From: Podarcis liolepis
Taxonomy: Eukaryota
DNA: 64,000 nt
Assembly (NCBI GenBank): GCA_965112155.1
Contig: OZ218110.1
Direction: 5' to 3' (one strand)
In this document: positions 37,364-49,178 of the stretch, one piece after another
Layout: the number at the start of each line of letters is the position of its first letter
Position numbering within the stretch: position 1 is the stretch's first letter
Position numbers and translations under genes: made by a program
Notes under the pieces: model-generated
The model's input: the letters and a program-made list of their open reading frames with translations, nothing else
What the model was told of the DNA's origin: nothing
Databases searched by the model: none

Positions 37364-37401
37364 GTATCTGAAGAAGTGTGCATGCACACGAAAGCTCATA
37401 C
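37364..37401 (+). ncRNA. Minimal type I hammerhead ribozyme motif
   Basis: Stem I GTAT/ATAC, core CUGAnGA, stem II GTGTGC/GCACAC, GAAA, minimal stem III, UC cleavage site. Confidence 0.7.
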
Positions 37402-38959
37402 CAAGAACTAACTTAGTTGGTCTTTAAGGTGCTACTGGAAGGAATTTTTTTATTTTGACTATGGCAGACCAACACGGCTACCTATCTACTACTGGAACCA
37501 TGGAAGGTTATTTTGTTGTTATTGCCACTCTATTTTTAAAAGCTTACAGTCCAATGTAACAAAAGTAACCGACACAAGTAACAAAAACGGAATTTCCTGA
37601 CTTTGACAGCTCAGTTGACAGCTGTCAAACTCTATAGATATCTTCACAGGCTCCCTCACAGGTCACTCCCGGATCCAGGGGAGGGGGTTAAACTTCAACT
37701 CTAAAGATCAGTTCTAATCCTCCAGCGATAAACTTATAAGTCCAAATCGTAAAATTAAGAATTTTATCTCAAAAAGAGAAAAACAGTCTCTCGATCTTAG
37801 TTGTTTAATTCTTGCTTTAAATTGCCTGCAAGGGGGGGGAGACGGACTTCCTTTTGGCACCTCCCCCGGTCGTAATTTTTTAATTCCAAATTCCATATTA
37901 CTCATGGGTTGTTACATTTTGAGTCCAAATGATCAAGGAAAGAAGTCAGCGCTCTCCAGTCATGGCTTGCGGCTTCACTCTGTGGAAGAAGCGGTCTACT
38001 CACAGCACCACGCCACTCTCCGCCACCCGCTCCGAAGCCTTTAAAAAGGCTTCTTTGTGGGTCGGAGGGGGCGCAAATGGTGCCCGCCGAGTCACCAAGT
38101 CCACAGGCATCCGCGCCTGTGGTTTCTAAGGGTCCCTGCATCGCCGCCGCGGCAGGACCCCTCCTCCACCGAGCCGATTCCCTCCAGAGCTTGGAGGGAA
38201 TCCGCCATTAGCTGATCGCACCAACCCGGAAGTCCCTACATCAATTACTTTAAGTAGTAGGCAGGTCAGATGGTTTTGCCTAAGGAGGTGGTCCTTTGGG
38301 TATTTGAAGGCAATATGGATGCTTGATGGTGAGGATTGCAGGCTTGATTGAAGGATGGCAAGAATAACAAAAGCAATGCACACTTAAGTCTGAGCAGACT
38401 GAATAGATATATTACTGTATGCAGCTGAACACAGTTCACAGAAATAGACTACAAGAAACATATTACTCCATAGCCAGGCATGACAGAAAGAAATGCAGTA
38501 AGCAGCATAGATCATGCCCCTTTGGTTGCTGCCAGGGAAATCTGTAGACACAGCTGTAGGTTGTCCCCTTTACACATCTAGAAACAGACACAGCTAAATC
38601 TTAAGGATCCAGCACAAAATATGCTTATTGAGCATTTATCCTGATGTGCTTGCACAAAGATTACACATATTACAGCCATTGTACTTATTATGGCCATCAA
38701 CTCAGGGTAAGGAGATAAGGAGGAAATTACCTACTTTCATTTGATTTAATATATCAAATCAACACTTTCTTGCTAAGACAACAGCCATAACACAGCAGCT
38801 GGTCAGAAATAACAACTGAGAGCATAGTCGGATAAACAAGCCCATGCACAAAAGGTGGTATAGTGCAAATAAACAGAGGAGAAGTCATACAACTAAATGG
38901 AGTACTCTAGTCACCCCAACAGAGTCCAAAATATATACCCAAAATGTTTTATTAGCTTT

Positions 38960-39116
38960 GAAACATAAAGGACAGGGGTGAATTCAGTCAAATCCTTTTT
39001 TAAAAAAATGGCAATAGTACAGTATTTTAAAAATGTAAGACACAAAGAGATGAGCAGGTCAAAAAGGCTTCTCCCCCCCCCCCCTCCATAGCAGAAGGGA
39101 ACTTTAGGATGGTGGA
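38960..39116 (-). pseudogene. Degraded OR IC3-TM6 remnant downstream of OR7
   Basis: Minus strand reads TILKFPSAM...(poly-G)...AFLTCSS; same position as the remnant after OR6. Confidence 0.65.
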
Positions 39117-39223
39117 ATCCTTTTTTCTGTAAAACCCTTTCTTTAAACACTACATTACACTACACAGTCTCTCACATATTATTCTCATAAACCATGATTC
39201 TGTATCTTCAATTTTTGATGCGC

Positions 39224-40195
39224 TTAAAGGGAGAAAATTGAGTAAAGCCTTTCATAAACCCTTAATCTACCAAATACAAACTTTAAGGCTTTGTGAACTT
39301 CTTTGTTTCTCAAGCTATAGATGAGGGGATTGATCAAGGGATTTAGGATGGTGTAGAAGAGTGAAAATACTTTATTGAGATCTCTCAGAGTCGGGGTTTC
39401 TGGCAACATGTAGACAACGATTATTGAACCATAAAAAGTGCAAACCACAATGAGATGAGAGGAGCAGGTCAAAAACGCTTTTTCCCTCCCAATAGCAGAT
39501 GGAATCTTCAGGACAGTGGTGATAATGTAAACATAGGATGTGAGAGTCAACAAGAATGGGGTGATGGTATAAAAGAAGGCTGAGAGGACAGTGAAGAGCT
39601 CAATGCTGCTAGTGTCACTGCAAGAGAGTTTTTCCATTGGGTTCAGGTCACAAAAATAATGGTCTATGACATTGGGTCCACAGAAATGTAATTGAGCTAG
39701 TAAGTATATAACTATGCAATTAATCAACATACCATTAATCCATGTTGCAACTATAAGCTGAAAACATAGTTTTCTATTCATAATAGAAGCATACAGCAAT
39801 GGTCTGCATATTGCCACATAGCGGTCAAAGGACATCATTGCCAGGAGATATGTTTCTACAGCTGCACAAGAGCCAAATAAGTAAAACTGGGCTATGCATC
39901 CATTCACAGAGATGGTTTTCTCTTCAGTTATCAAATTGATCAACATTTTGGGCAGGATGATTGAACTATAGCAAGTCTCCAGGCAGGACAAATTGGCCAG
40001 GAAGAAATACATAGGGGTGTGAAGGTGCTGATCAGCCACAACAAGCAAAATAATGAGAAAATTGCTAGTTAATGTCAAGATGTAAATCATGAGGAAGAGG
40101 GAGAAAAGGAAAGGCTGTAGCTCAGGACGATTCCCAAAACCCAAGAGGATGAATTCTTTGATAGTTGTCTGGTTTCCTTCTTCTGTGTTCCCCAT
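39224..40195 (-). CDS. Olfactory receptor OR7 (OR11A-like)
   Basis: ATG 40195 (MGNTEEGNQT), full OR motifs. Confidence 0.96.
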   Translation of the reverse strand: MGNTEEGNQTTIKEFILLGFGNRPELQPFLFSLFLMIYILTLTSNFLIILLVVADQHLHTPMYFFLANLSCLETCYSSIILPKMLINLITEEKTISVNGCIAQFYLFGSCAAVETYLLAMMSFDRYVAICRPLLYASIMNRKLCFQLIVATWINGMLINCIVIYLLAQLHFCGPNVIDHYFCDLNPMEKLSCSDTSSIELFTVLSAFFYTITPFLLTLTSYVYIITTVLKIPSAIGREKAFLTCSSHLIVVCTFYGSIIVVYMLPETPTLRDLNKVFSLFYTILNPLINPLIYSLRNKEVHKALKFVFGRLRVYERLYSIFSL

Positions 40196-41080
40196 TGTTT
40201 TAATCAACTGGAGGTCAACACAACCCTACAACATAACAAGAACCAATGGTTTTAATGAAGTGGTATTCACATATTTTGGGGACAGTACAGCAAGAGCAAA
40301 TACACAACCTAAATGAAGGGTAGGTGGGCAGGTGTTCCACAGAGCAAGCCCAAAAAGGCCTCCAGTGTCAAGCCACAGTTTTAATTGGCCCCACAGCCAC
40401 ACACACCCTGTGCTCCCATTGGAGCACAGACCCTAGGGTGACCGTGGCACCACCACCAGCGCAACGCAGGGTAGAGCCCTGCCCCCACATTGGGGAGGAG
40501 GGTGTCCTGCACCCAGCGCACAACCTGGACCCTCCATTAAGAAGATCCAATTTACCGCTAAAGTTTACTACAGTTGTTGTTGTTTCTAATTAATTGATGG
40601 CATCACAATATTATTTAATTATCCCTCTTTGCAGGTGGACAGGTAGATCCTTAGGTGGAGAGCAATGTCCTTAGGTGGAGAGCAAGGCCTCCTGCTTCCA
40701 GACATGGAAAGCTCTAAAGCTTCCCCTCCTAAATTATTGGTGCTTCAATGGCAGAGATAACAAAAAGTAGTCATTCAGGGTGCGGGGTACTGGGGATAGA
40801 TCAGGCTGAGCTTTGGATCATGAGACTTCCCAACCCCGTAATATGTATACACACAAGGCTCATTGACACATTAAATGTAAACTCAGAAACAAACCTCACA
40901 TACTTTGGTGGAATGTATTTCCTTCTTACCAAGTGTGTATAGAATCCCACCCTAAATAAATAACAGGAGCCAAATGCTATTTCTGCCATGATGTCCAAAA
41001 TGTTTCTATTTGTGATATTTTGCTTTTTAATGTTTGACAGGACTTTGAAAGAGGTCAAGAATAGAAGCATACGCTTTAGT

Positions 41081-41350
41081 TCTTACCTGCACTCAGCTCC
41101 TGTTTCCTTGAATAATTTTCCAAGATTTAATACCAGTAGCAGAGGATTTCTCTAAATCTGCAAAGAAAAACAACGAGCTGCAGCTCTGTTGTTCCTATTG
41201 TAAAACAAGTGTTTCTGAAACAGTTTCTTACAGAAGCTTCAAAGAGGTAAGAAGTTGAACTTGCATCTGGATTCTTGGCTGTTTGGAAAACTTTTATGAT
41301 GTAAACAACCTTCTAAACCTAATCGGAGACTCCCATATTAAATCTTCCAT
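41081..41350 (-). promoter_or_regulatory. Putative promoter and non-coding first exon of OR7
   Basis: CAG|GTAAGA donor at 41081-41086; conserved block at 41296-41350. Confidence 0.6.
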
Positions 41351-42119
41351 GGAGCATCTACTTCATTTGAACAAGTGTAATCTGTGGCATCTGCAAATTG
41401 TTTCAGCCACACTAAAACATTTCCAAGCTCCCACTGTTGGCTGAAACATATTCATACTCAGAATACAAAGTGGACTGCTATTTGTCTATCAACAGAGTTG
41501 CAGTTTCCTGATGAGCCATCACAAAACCAGAATTGTCAGCATTTTTATCATAGAATTCCTCTCAAGTAGCCCTGGATGTATCAGTAGATGGCCCATTTAT
41601 GCTGTGTGCAGGCAGAGATGACTTCAGAAGCTCTAATGAGCATGTGTGGATTTGACACAGAGCCTATTCCCAAAGTACCACAATCCCATTTGAGTTGATT
41701 ATGCTTCGTTCTGAGTACCTCAAAAGCCCAATGCTGTATCTCAATAATGTTTCAAATTAAGACTGAGGCAAAAGTCCTTACTTCAGAAGTTTTTTGGGGG
41801 TGGGGTGAGATTTGAGGGAACGGTTATTGGTAGTTCATTAGCGTGGAGCTTATCACGTGTTTGGCTGTGCTGACAACGCTGCGCATTGTTGTTTTACAAA
41901 AAGCTTCCTTTTACCTCTGCTGACATGGGGGCGGTGTGCAGATGGGGTCCACTCTTTTCACCCTCCAGAATGCCCCACACAGAAAACCTTGTGGAAGGAG
42001 GGGGATGATGACCACCAAGAGGAACTCTTCACTGTCAGCTCATACAGAAGAGCCAAGATGAAAAATGAAAGAAAAAAGGCAATTTCTGCAACATTCCATT
42101 AATCATGCAAATCCTGAGG

Positions 42120-42490
42120 CCCTTCTCTCAGTTCTGCCCCTCTCACAGGCATGCTTGGTAGGGACACAGGAGAAGACCTTCTCAGTGGCTGCTCCCAGAC
42201 TGCCTCCCTAGGGAAGCTAGACTGGCTCCTTCCTTGGCGGTCTTCCACCAGCACATGAAGACTTCCCTGTTCCTACAAGCGTTTGAGAACTAACTGCTTT
42301 TAATGAAAGGGCTGGTACTGTGCTGTTTTCATTGTAATGATTTGTATGGGTTGAAAGTTTTTATGTATGTATATAGTTTTAATTTGATCAATGTTTAATT
42401 GTTTTCTTAATTATTGCGTTTTTTCTATGTTGTTAACAGTTCTTACTTTTATCTGTAAGCTGCCTTAAGTCCCATCAGGGAAAACAGAAG
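42120..42490 (+). mobile_element. L2-like LINE 3' fragment, degraded
   Basis: gggacacaggagaagaccttctcagtggctgctcccagact...tgtaagctgccttaagtcc is typical of L2 3' ends. Confidence 0.55.
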
Positions 42491-42810
42491 GGTAGGTAAG
42501 ATTTTGAAATATGAAATCTCACAGACAAAGAATGTGAGCGTATGAGATCATAGAAGCCAACTCCAGGGTGCCGTAGGCTCCAGGCACCCCCAAGGTCAGT
42601 GAGAAGGAGGAAGAAGAGCCGCCACCGCAGGCCACCTCAATACGGATGTGCAACGTCACGCACACACGCCTGCACATAGTGCATGTGATGTCACACACAC
42701 TACATGCAGGCATGTGTGTGTGATGTCACACATCCATGTTGTGTCAGTGAGCACCCACAATCCTGAGGGCAAGTTGGCACCCCTGTGTGAAATTTATATT
42801 ATTTGCCTGC

Positions 42811-43253
42811 TGTCAGATGATGGTGTGGTTGCTCGAGAGTAAACAGGCAAGACTCCAACCTGTCTTTTCCAGGCTTTATTATCTGTACAAACTATTTTAC
42901 AGTGCAGAGTGTCACAAGTCCATGTCTGCTCAGTCGCTGGCAGAATCTGGGAGTGGGTGGTCCTTATACCTTCCCCAGCATAACAGTCGTGTGACCCCCA
43001 TTCTTCTCCTCCTCTCTCTGTGTGCAAACCTTCTGCGCAACGTGGGCGCTGGCAAAGAGGGACTTGCCTCCCCTCCCCTTTGCTGGTGTTGAGGCTCTCC
43101 CTAGCATCTTCTGATCCCTGCGCCCCTTCCCCACTGGAGGCGGGGCTTCCCTCCTCGCCAGAGGAAGAACTGCTTCACAAGATCTTCAGAGGCTCCCTAT
43201 AACACAACTGCCCTTCCACCTCTCGCCTCTGAGCTGATGGCAGTTCCCAGACA
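42811..43253 (-). mobile_element. Solo LTR
   Basis: TGTC...GACA termini, AATAAA on the minus strand at ~42875, imperfect TSD cctgc/cctat. Confidence 0.65.
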
Positions 43254-43650
43254 CCTATGGTCTGCTTATGGGTGTCTAGTAACTTGTAACACTCCCACTA
43301 ATCATTTATTGTACGTTAAAAAGGCAAACAAGAAGGGCGGGTGAAAAAGGACTTTTGCCTTCCAATAGTCAATGAAATCTTTATTCTGTTAACAATAGTA
43401 CAAGGATAAAACGTGATTGTCAGAAGAAAGGGATGGCTGTGACTTTAAATGCATTTATATGCACACTTCGACACTTGGCACTCGCACGGGCATTTTTGTA
43501 CACATTACTTTAAGAACTGCATTACAGAATCTAGAGATGTATGGATTTTGAAACATGGCTGCATTTCAGTTTGCATCTTGTTTCAGAATGTGGAAATTGG
43601 GTAAGTTTGCCTTGGAATGCAAGTTGAAATGAATTTCTCTCTACCTTTTT

Positions 43651-43887
43651 TGTTGTTGTTTAGTCATTTAGTCATGTCCAACTCTTCATGACCCCATGGA
43701 CCTGAGCACGCCAGGCACTCCTGTCTTCCACTGTCTCCCGCAGTTTGGTCAAACTCATGTTAGTAGCTTCGAGAACACTGTCCAACCATCTTGTCCTCTG
43801 TCATCCCCTTCTCCTTGTGCCCTCAATCTTTCCCAACATCAGGGTCTTTTCCAGGGAGTCTTATCTTCTCATGAGGTGGGCAAAGTA
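43651..43887 (-). mobile_element. RTE-BovB LINE 3' fragment
   Basis: Reverse complement of the 58595-58964 copy, with (CAA)n tail. Confidence 0.9.
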
Positions 43888-43971
43888 CCTACCTATATAT
43901 CCCACCTGATGCAGTGCAGAGGAAAATTGTTCTTCTAAACTACCATACCCTTAGAAAAACAAGTGATTCTG

Positions 43972-44517
43972 TGTCACGGACTACCTAGATGAAGAAGAAT
44001 GGTGGGAGGCTACAGCTGGGGAACACACACACCCCAGGAAGCATCAGAGTGGTAAGGCTCTAAGCCAGGAAAATGCTGGTGGGATACCGAAGACAGGCCA
44101 GAGGAAGAAGGGGGAGCAGATGGGTTGGAAGCTGAGTAAGCAACAGGTTAAGTGAAAGTGAGGCAGTTAAGTAGGAGAAGCAGGCTGAGGCTGTGACGGA
44201 TCCCCAGCAGCCTGCCAGTTCCACTATTTCCTTCTCCCCTCCTCTTCTGTCCCCAAGATCAAGGAGGGTATTACATAAAGCAGAACAAAAGGCACAGAGA
44301 GCCCCTCCTCGAAGGAGTTTGCAATGGTTAGGAAGGAATCCAGCTGAGGAGGAATCTTAGGAGGAAGTGGGAAGCTCAGATCTTCATTTCTGGCAACTGA
44401 TTCATCAGGCTAGACGTGGCCACAGAGTTTCGCTGATGTTTCCCTCTGAATAAAGACTCAACCTTACTGCTCCTCTCTGAGTTTCTGTGCTGAACTGCAG
44501 CTGAAATTGCTCTGACA
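43972..44517 (+). mobile_element. Solo LTR
   Basis: TGTCA...TGACA termini, AATAAA at ~44448, TSD ttctg/ttcta. Confidence 0.7.
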
Positions 44518-45010
44518 TTCTAGCAGCAGCAGCAGAAGGGGAGGGCAAGAGAGGTTCATAATAAATGCAATGGGTGGAACAGTTAAACTCACCTCTCCTC
44601 ATACTGCAAACTCAAACCAGGTCAGATGTGGTGTCCAATTGGGATTTGTTTGTTTGTTTGTTGTTTAACTTTCCAGGTCCTCATCTTTCCAAGGCACACA
44701 ATTCACTGACAAGCTATACTAGATATTTTTATCTTAACCTCCTGGATAGAAGCTCCAGTTTAAATGTGGATGTTGGGATGATGCCTTGAAGCACAATGAT
44801 ATATTCCATTTGTTTGTTTATACATATTACTGCCATCAACACAGGGCTAAGCAGCTACAGAGCAAGCAACTGACATGTCATTGCTAAGCTAAAAGTCATA
44901 GCACAAGAGTTGCTCAGAAATGTGAACCAAAAGCAAAAATTATCCCAACAACATTTTTGAGTACACCAAAAGGAATTCAACAACCAAATGGTGTGGCCAC
45001 CCAGATGAGG

Positions 45011-46048
45011 TCAGCAGCTATACCTCAAAACTTCTGATTGACTTTTAAGCACTGAGGAAAGGGATGAATTCAGCCGGATCCTTGACAAATTCAGATGACT
45101 CCTTACAAAAAATAGCCATCTACTACAAACCGTTCTTAGGGCTTTGTGAACATCTTTGTTTCTCAAGCTATAGATGAGGGGATTGATCAAGGGAGTTAGG
45201 ATGGTATAGAAAAGGGAGAATACTTTATTGAGATCTCTCAGAATCGGGGTGGCTGGCAACATGTAGACGATTATTATTGTAGAATAAAAAATGCAAACTA
45301 CAGTGAGATGAGAGGAGCAGGTCAAAAATGCTTTTTTCCTACCAATAGCAGATGGGATCTTTAAGATGGTGGCAATGATGCAGACATAGGATATGAGAGT
45401 CAGCAGGAATGGGGTGATGGTGTACAATGCGCACAAGAGGAAGGCGAAGAGGTCGATCAGGCTTGTATCACTGCATGAGAGTTTTTCCATTGGGATCAAG
45501 TCACAAAAGTAATGGTCTATGACATTTGGACCACAGAAGGATATCTGGGCCATCAGATAGGCTACTATGCCATTGCCCAGCAAAGAACTAATACATGGCC
45601 CAGCCATGAGCTTAACACAGAGCTTTCCATGCATGATGGAGGCATAGTGTAAGGGTTTACAGATTGCCAGGTAGCGGTCATATGACATTGCTGCCAGGAG
45701 GTATGTTTCTATAGCTGCAAAGAAGCCGAAGAAAAATAGTTGGGCTATGCAGCCACTAACAGAAATGGTTCTCTCTCCAGTTATCAAATTGCTCAACATT
45801 TTGAGCAAGGTGACGGAGCTATAGCAAATCTCCAGGAAAGACAAATTACTCAAGAAGTAGTACATGGGAGTTTGAAGGTGCTGATCAGCCACAACCAGCA
45901 AAATGATGAGGAAATTCCCTGCTAGCGTCAAAATATAAATCATGAGGAAGAGGGACAAAAGCAAAGGCTGCAGCTCAGGCTGATCCCCATATCCCAAAAG
46001 GATGAATTCTTTGATTGCTGTCTGGTTTCCTTCTTCATTCTTCCACAT
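45011..46048 (-). CDS. Olfactory receptor OR8 (OR11A-like)
   Basis: Full OR motifs; acceptor at 46079-46080. Confidence 0.95.
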   Translation of the reverse strand: MWKNEEGNQTAIKEFILLGYGDQPELQPLLLSLFLMIYILTLAGNFLIILLVVADQHLQTPMYYFLSNLSFLEICYSSVTLLKMLSNLITGERTISVSGCIAQLFFFGFFAAIETYLLAAMSYDRYLAICKPLHYASIMHGKLCVKLMAGPCISSLLGNGIVAYLMAQISFCGPNVIDHYFCDLIPMEKLSCSDTSLIDLFAFLLCALYTITPFLLTLISYVCIIATILKIPSAIGRKKAFLTCSSHLTVVCIFYSTIIIVYMLPATPILRDLNKVFSLFYTILTPLINPLIYSLRNKDVHKALRTVCSRWLFFVRSHLNLSRIRLNSSLSSVLKSQSEVLRYSC

Positions 46049-47178
46049 TGTCTTTATCCAACTGAGGTCAAGGCAGCCCTATAACATAATCAGAGCACTT
46101 TTAATACAGAGGTGCACACTGAGAGCGAAATCCATGGGTGGAGGGTAGGAATGGCATGGAAATTTGATTCATTTCACATTCAATGCTAAATTTATCAAAT
46201 TCACACTTTCTGGTATAATATGATAATCAACACATAACCATCCTCCCATACTATCCAAATTTTGTGATGTAGTTATCCAAACAGTGTTCACAAATATGCA
46301 CGTATTATGGGAAAGTGTGCAAAAAAAATATGTAGATTTGTGGAAGTACCATACAAAATTGTATTATATTGCTGGCCAAAATGTGTCTGTAAGAAATACA
46401 CACAAAAATGCAGAACAACCTTCATGGGGATTTTTCTTAAGAAATACAGATTCCTGCAGATATGTGGTGAACTGAATGTGGAAAAAATAGAAGCTGATTA
46501 GATAGATTCTTCCATCCTTAGCAGTGTCCAGCCACTCCTGCTTCCATCCAAATTTTGCCCCCCTCCCCTATGAATGTTGCTCCAATATCAGACAAAGCAA
46601 AAAGGAGGGCTTCTGGAGTCATGTTGAAAATGGATCAGGCTAAACTTTGGATCCAAAGTCCTCCTATTCCCCTGAGGAATAGGTACACAAAATACAAACA
46701 CATTGCCCTGGATGCAAATACAAGCTATCTCTACACATGTACAGGTGTTTGTGTGAAAGAGTGTACACTTGTTAATTTTGTACAGCTCATGTAGAAACCT
46801 GTGTACATGCAGATAACTGTATGTGTTTTCAGTTTGTTGTTTACACACACCTATAGGTTGTATACTCAATGAATCTGTATCTGTACTCCCCAACACTCAC
46901 ATCAGAACTAGGAGGAAAGCACATCAAATCTTGGAACTGGTTTATGTATTTTCCTTACCATTGAAACCATTGGGGAGGAGAACATTTTATTAAAACAGCT
47001 CCCCCAAAGGGAAACAATGCCATGCACATGATCTTCCACCCTTTATAGAATTGCACCCAAAAATTAACAACAGGAGCCACATTCCACTTCTGCTATCTTT
47101 TCCAATATTCTTGGATTTTGGTTCTTAATGTTAGTCAGGGTTTTGAAAGATGATGAATATAAAGTGTGCGGATTTAGT

Positions 47179-47447
47179 ACTTGCCTTCCCTTATGTATCT
47201 GCATTCAGTGATTAGTACCAGGATCAGTACAGGTAGCAGAGGATTTCTCTGAATTTGTGTTGAAAAACAACGAGCTGTAACTTCATTGTCTCAGCTGCAA
47301 AATGAGTGCCTCTGAAGAGGCTTCTTTCAATAGCTTAAAAGAAGCGAGTCTGGGGACGTGCTTCTGATTTTCTGGTTGTGTGGAAATCATTTATGATGCA
47401 ACCAACCTTCTAAACCCAAAGGAAATCCCGATATTAATTGCTCCTCC
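47179..47447 (-). promoter_or_regulatory. Putative promoter and non-coding first exon of OR8 (GC donor)
   Basis: AAG|GCAAGT at the position of the paralogous GT donors; conserved block at 47392-47447. Confidence 0.55.
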
Positions 47448-49036
47448 ATCAGACTGCAGTCACCTTTTTCCTGCACTCCAGAGTTTGATGCACTTTGGAT
47501 CTCTGTGTCTTTTTATCTACCTTTAAGTCTTAGGCACAAATTGCCTTCTGCTCCTCCTAGCGGTCACTTCTCTCACTTGCATCTCATTAGCTGCTCCCTT
47601 TAAAATTCAGCTGCTATGTACAGGTATTTTAGCTGGGCATCAGTTTGTACTATGTGAACCAAGGTAGGGCAGGAAGATGAGGATATTGTTGGTAGCTGGT
47701 ATGGGAATAGAAGCAGCAAAAAATACAAATGGAGAGGGAGTCTTGTGTTGGACAGGGAGCAGAGAGAGGCTATTGTTTCTTTATTGTTGTTTAACAAATT
47801 TATATCCTGTCTTTCCAGAGAAACACATCGAAGACAAGCAAACACAAATAATCAATTTTAATAAAAGATATCATAATATAAAAGATAAATATAATATATA
47901 TATACATATAATAAAATATAAAAGATCAGTTTCAATAAAAGATATAATAATATTAATAAAAATAATCACATCCATGAATGCAGCAGCTTGATTTTTAAAA
48001 ATCAATGAAGGGATAAAAGCTCATCACATGAATTAGAAACATGGTTAGCTTGTCATTCAAACAACAACAACAATGCTCACACCATAATGAACCCTAAAAA
48101 CTCATTTCTGTAAAACAGCAATATGCAAGAGAAAAGATGGCAGATACTATCACTGAAGCTGATAAACTAGGACAACAACTTGGCAGATCAAATGTCTTGT
48201 AGGTAAGAAAAGCTATTATATAACACTGGAAGGCCAAGTAGCGGAGGAAAGAATGAACTTCCCCAGGGAAGGAATTTTAAAACTTGGACATAACTGAGAA
48301 GTCTCTCTGCCATATTCTCGTCCCAGTCCAATGGAACTCAGAAGTTAGCAAGGCATGAAGCAGAGAACTTTGGAGGGTATATGGGCCACCTACGTCATGG
48401 TTGTGTGCCGCGTATAGGAAAGAGGTAAGACACACACACACCAGACTACAGAAGGAAGCTGCAGCAGTGGTTGATAGACAAGGTTGAGAACTCTTATTCT
48501 TTTCCTATATACCTGGGGGTTACCACCTTTTCCTTCTTCTTGAGACTGATGACTTCCCATTCACTTTTATCTAATTGATCAATGAACCCCAAGTCACAGA
48601 ACAGCTCAAGAAACTGCAGAATTGGAAACATCAGGAACACCAGTTCCTGAAAGAAAATGATCATGGCAAAAAACATGGCCTTGTATCCAACATTAGTTCT
48701 GAAAAGAAATATATTAAAATGAATGAATCTGACAGACTTACATCCATTAATTTCAGTGGATCTATCCAACTTGGTTGGATTCAGCCCATTAAAAAGACTG
48801 CAAAAGATGGGAGTACATATAAACAGGGATATGACTTGAGTGTGCATTTCTGTGATAAAGAAAATATTTTTTAAAAAACACAACCCCTAAATAAAACTAA
48901 CAGCAAACATAGATCTGATGTTTATTACATAATTTGCTTTTGTTGAGTAGTTGATTATTCTTTAACAAATAGCTAGCCACAGGGGAAAATGGAGAACAGA
49001 AGATCAGGACTAAAGGATGATGTGATCCTAATTATA

Positions 49037-49039
<3 letters not shown>

Positions 49040-49080
<41 letters not shown>
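49040..49080. repeat. (CA)n microsatellite
   Basis: Read directly from sequence. Confidence 0.97.
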
Positions 49081-49082
<2 letters not shown>

Positions 49083-49178
49083 TTCACAGTAAGAAGAAAG
49101 TTCCCACTGGAGCCAGGGTTCTGCATACATGAGTACTTTGACTAGCTGATAAACTTAATGGAAAGGAAAGAGTTCAGA

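Larger units (their letters stand above)
36896..37504. mobile_element. Penelope-like element 3' fragment with inverted pseudo-LTR
   Basis: 13-bp TSD aggttattttgtt; ~180-bp inverted arms; the spacer on the minus strand encodes AELQLITKLKTMEIPGLNKDIGFLSHYT* (GIY-YIG endonuclease-type C-terminus). Confidence 0.85.
35742..38236 (-). mobile_element. Full-length non-autonomous poly(A) retroelement, copy 2 (HAL1-like architecture), with 203-aa ORF
   Basis: 16-bp TSD tacatcaattacttta (35726-35741, 38237-38252); 5' end GGGACTTCCGGG with CpG-rich leader; A-rich tail; no RT or endonuclease coding. Confidence 0.85.
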
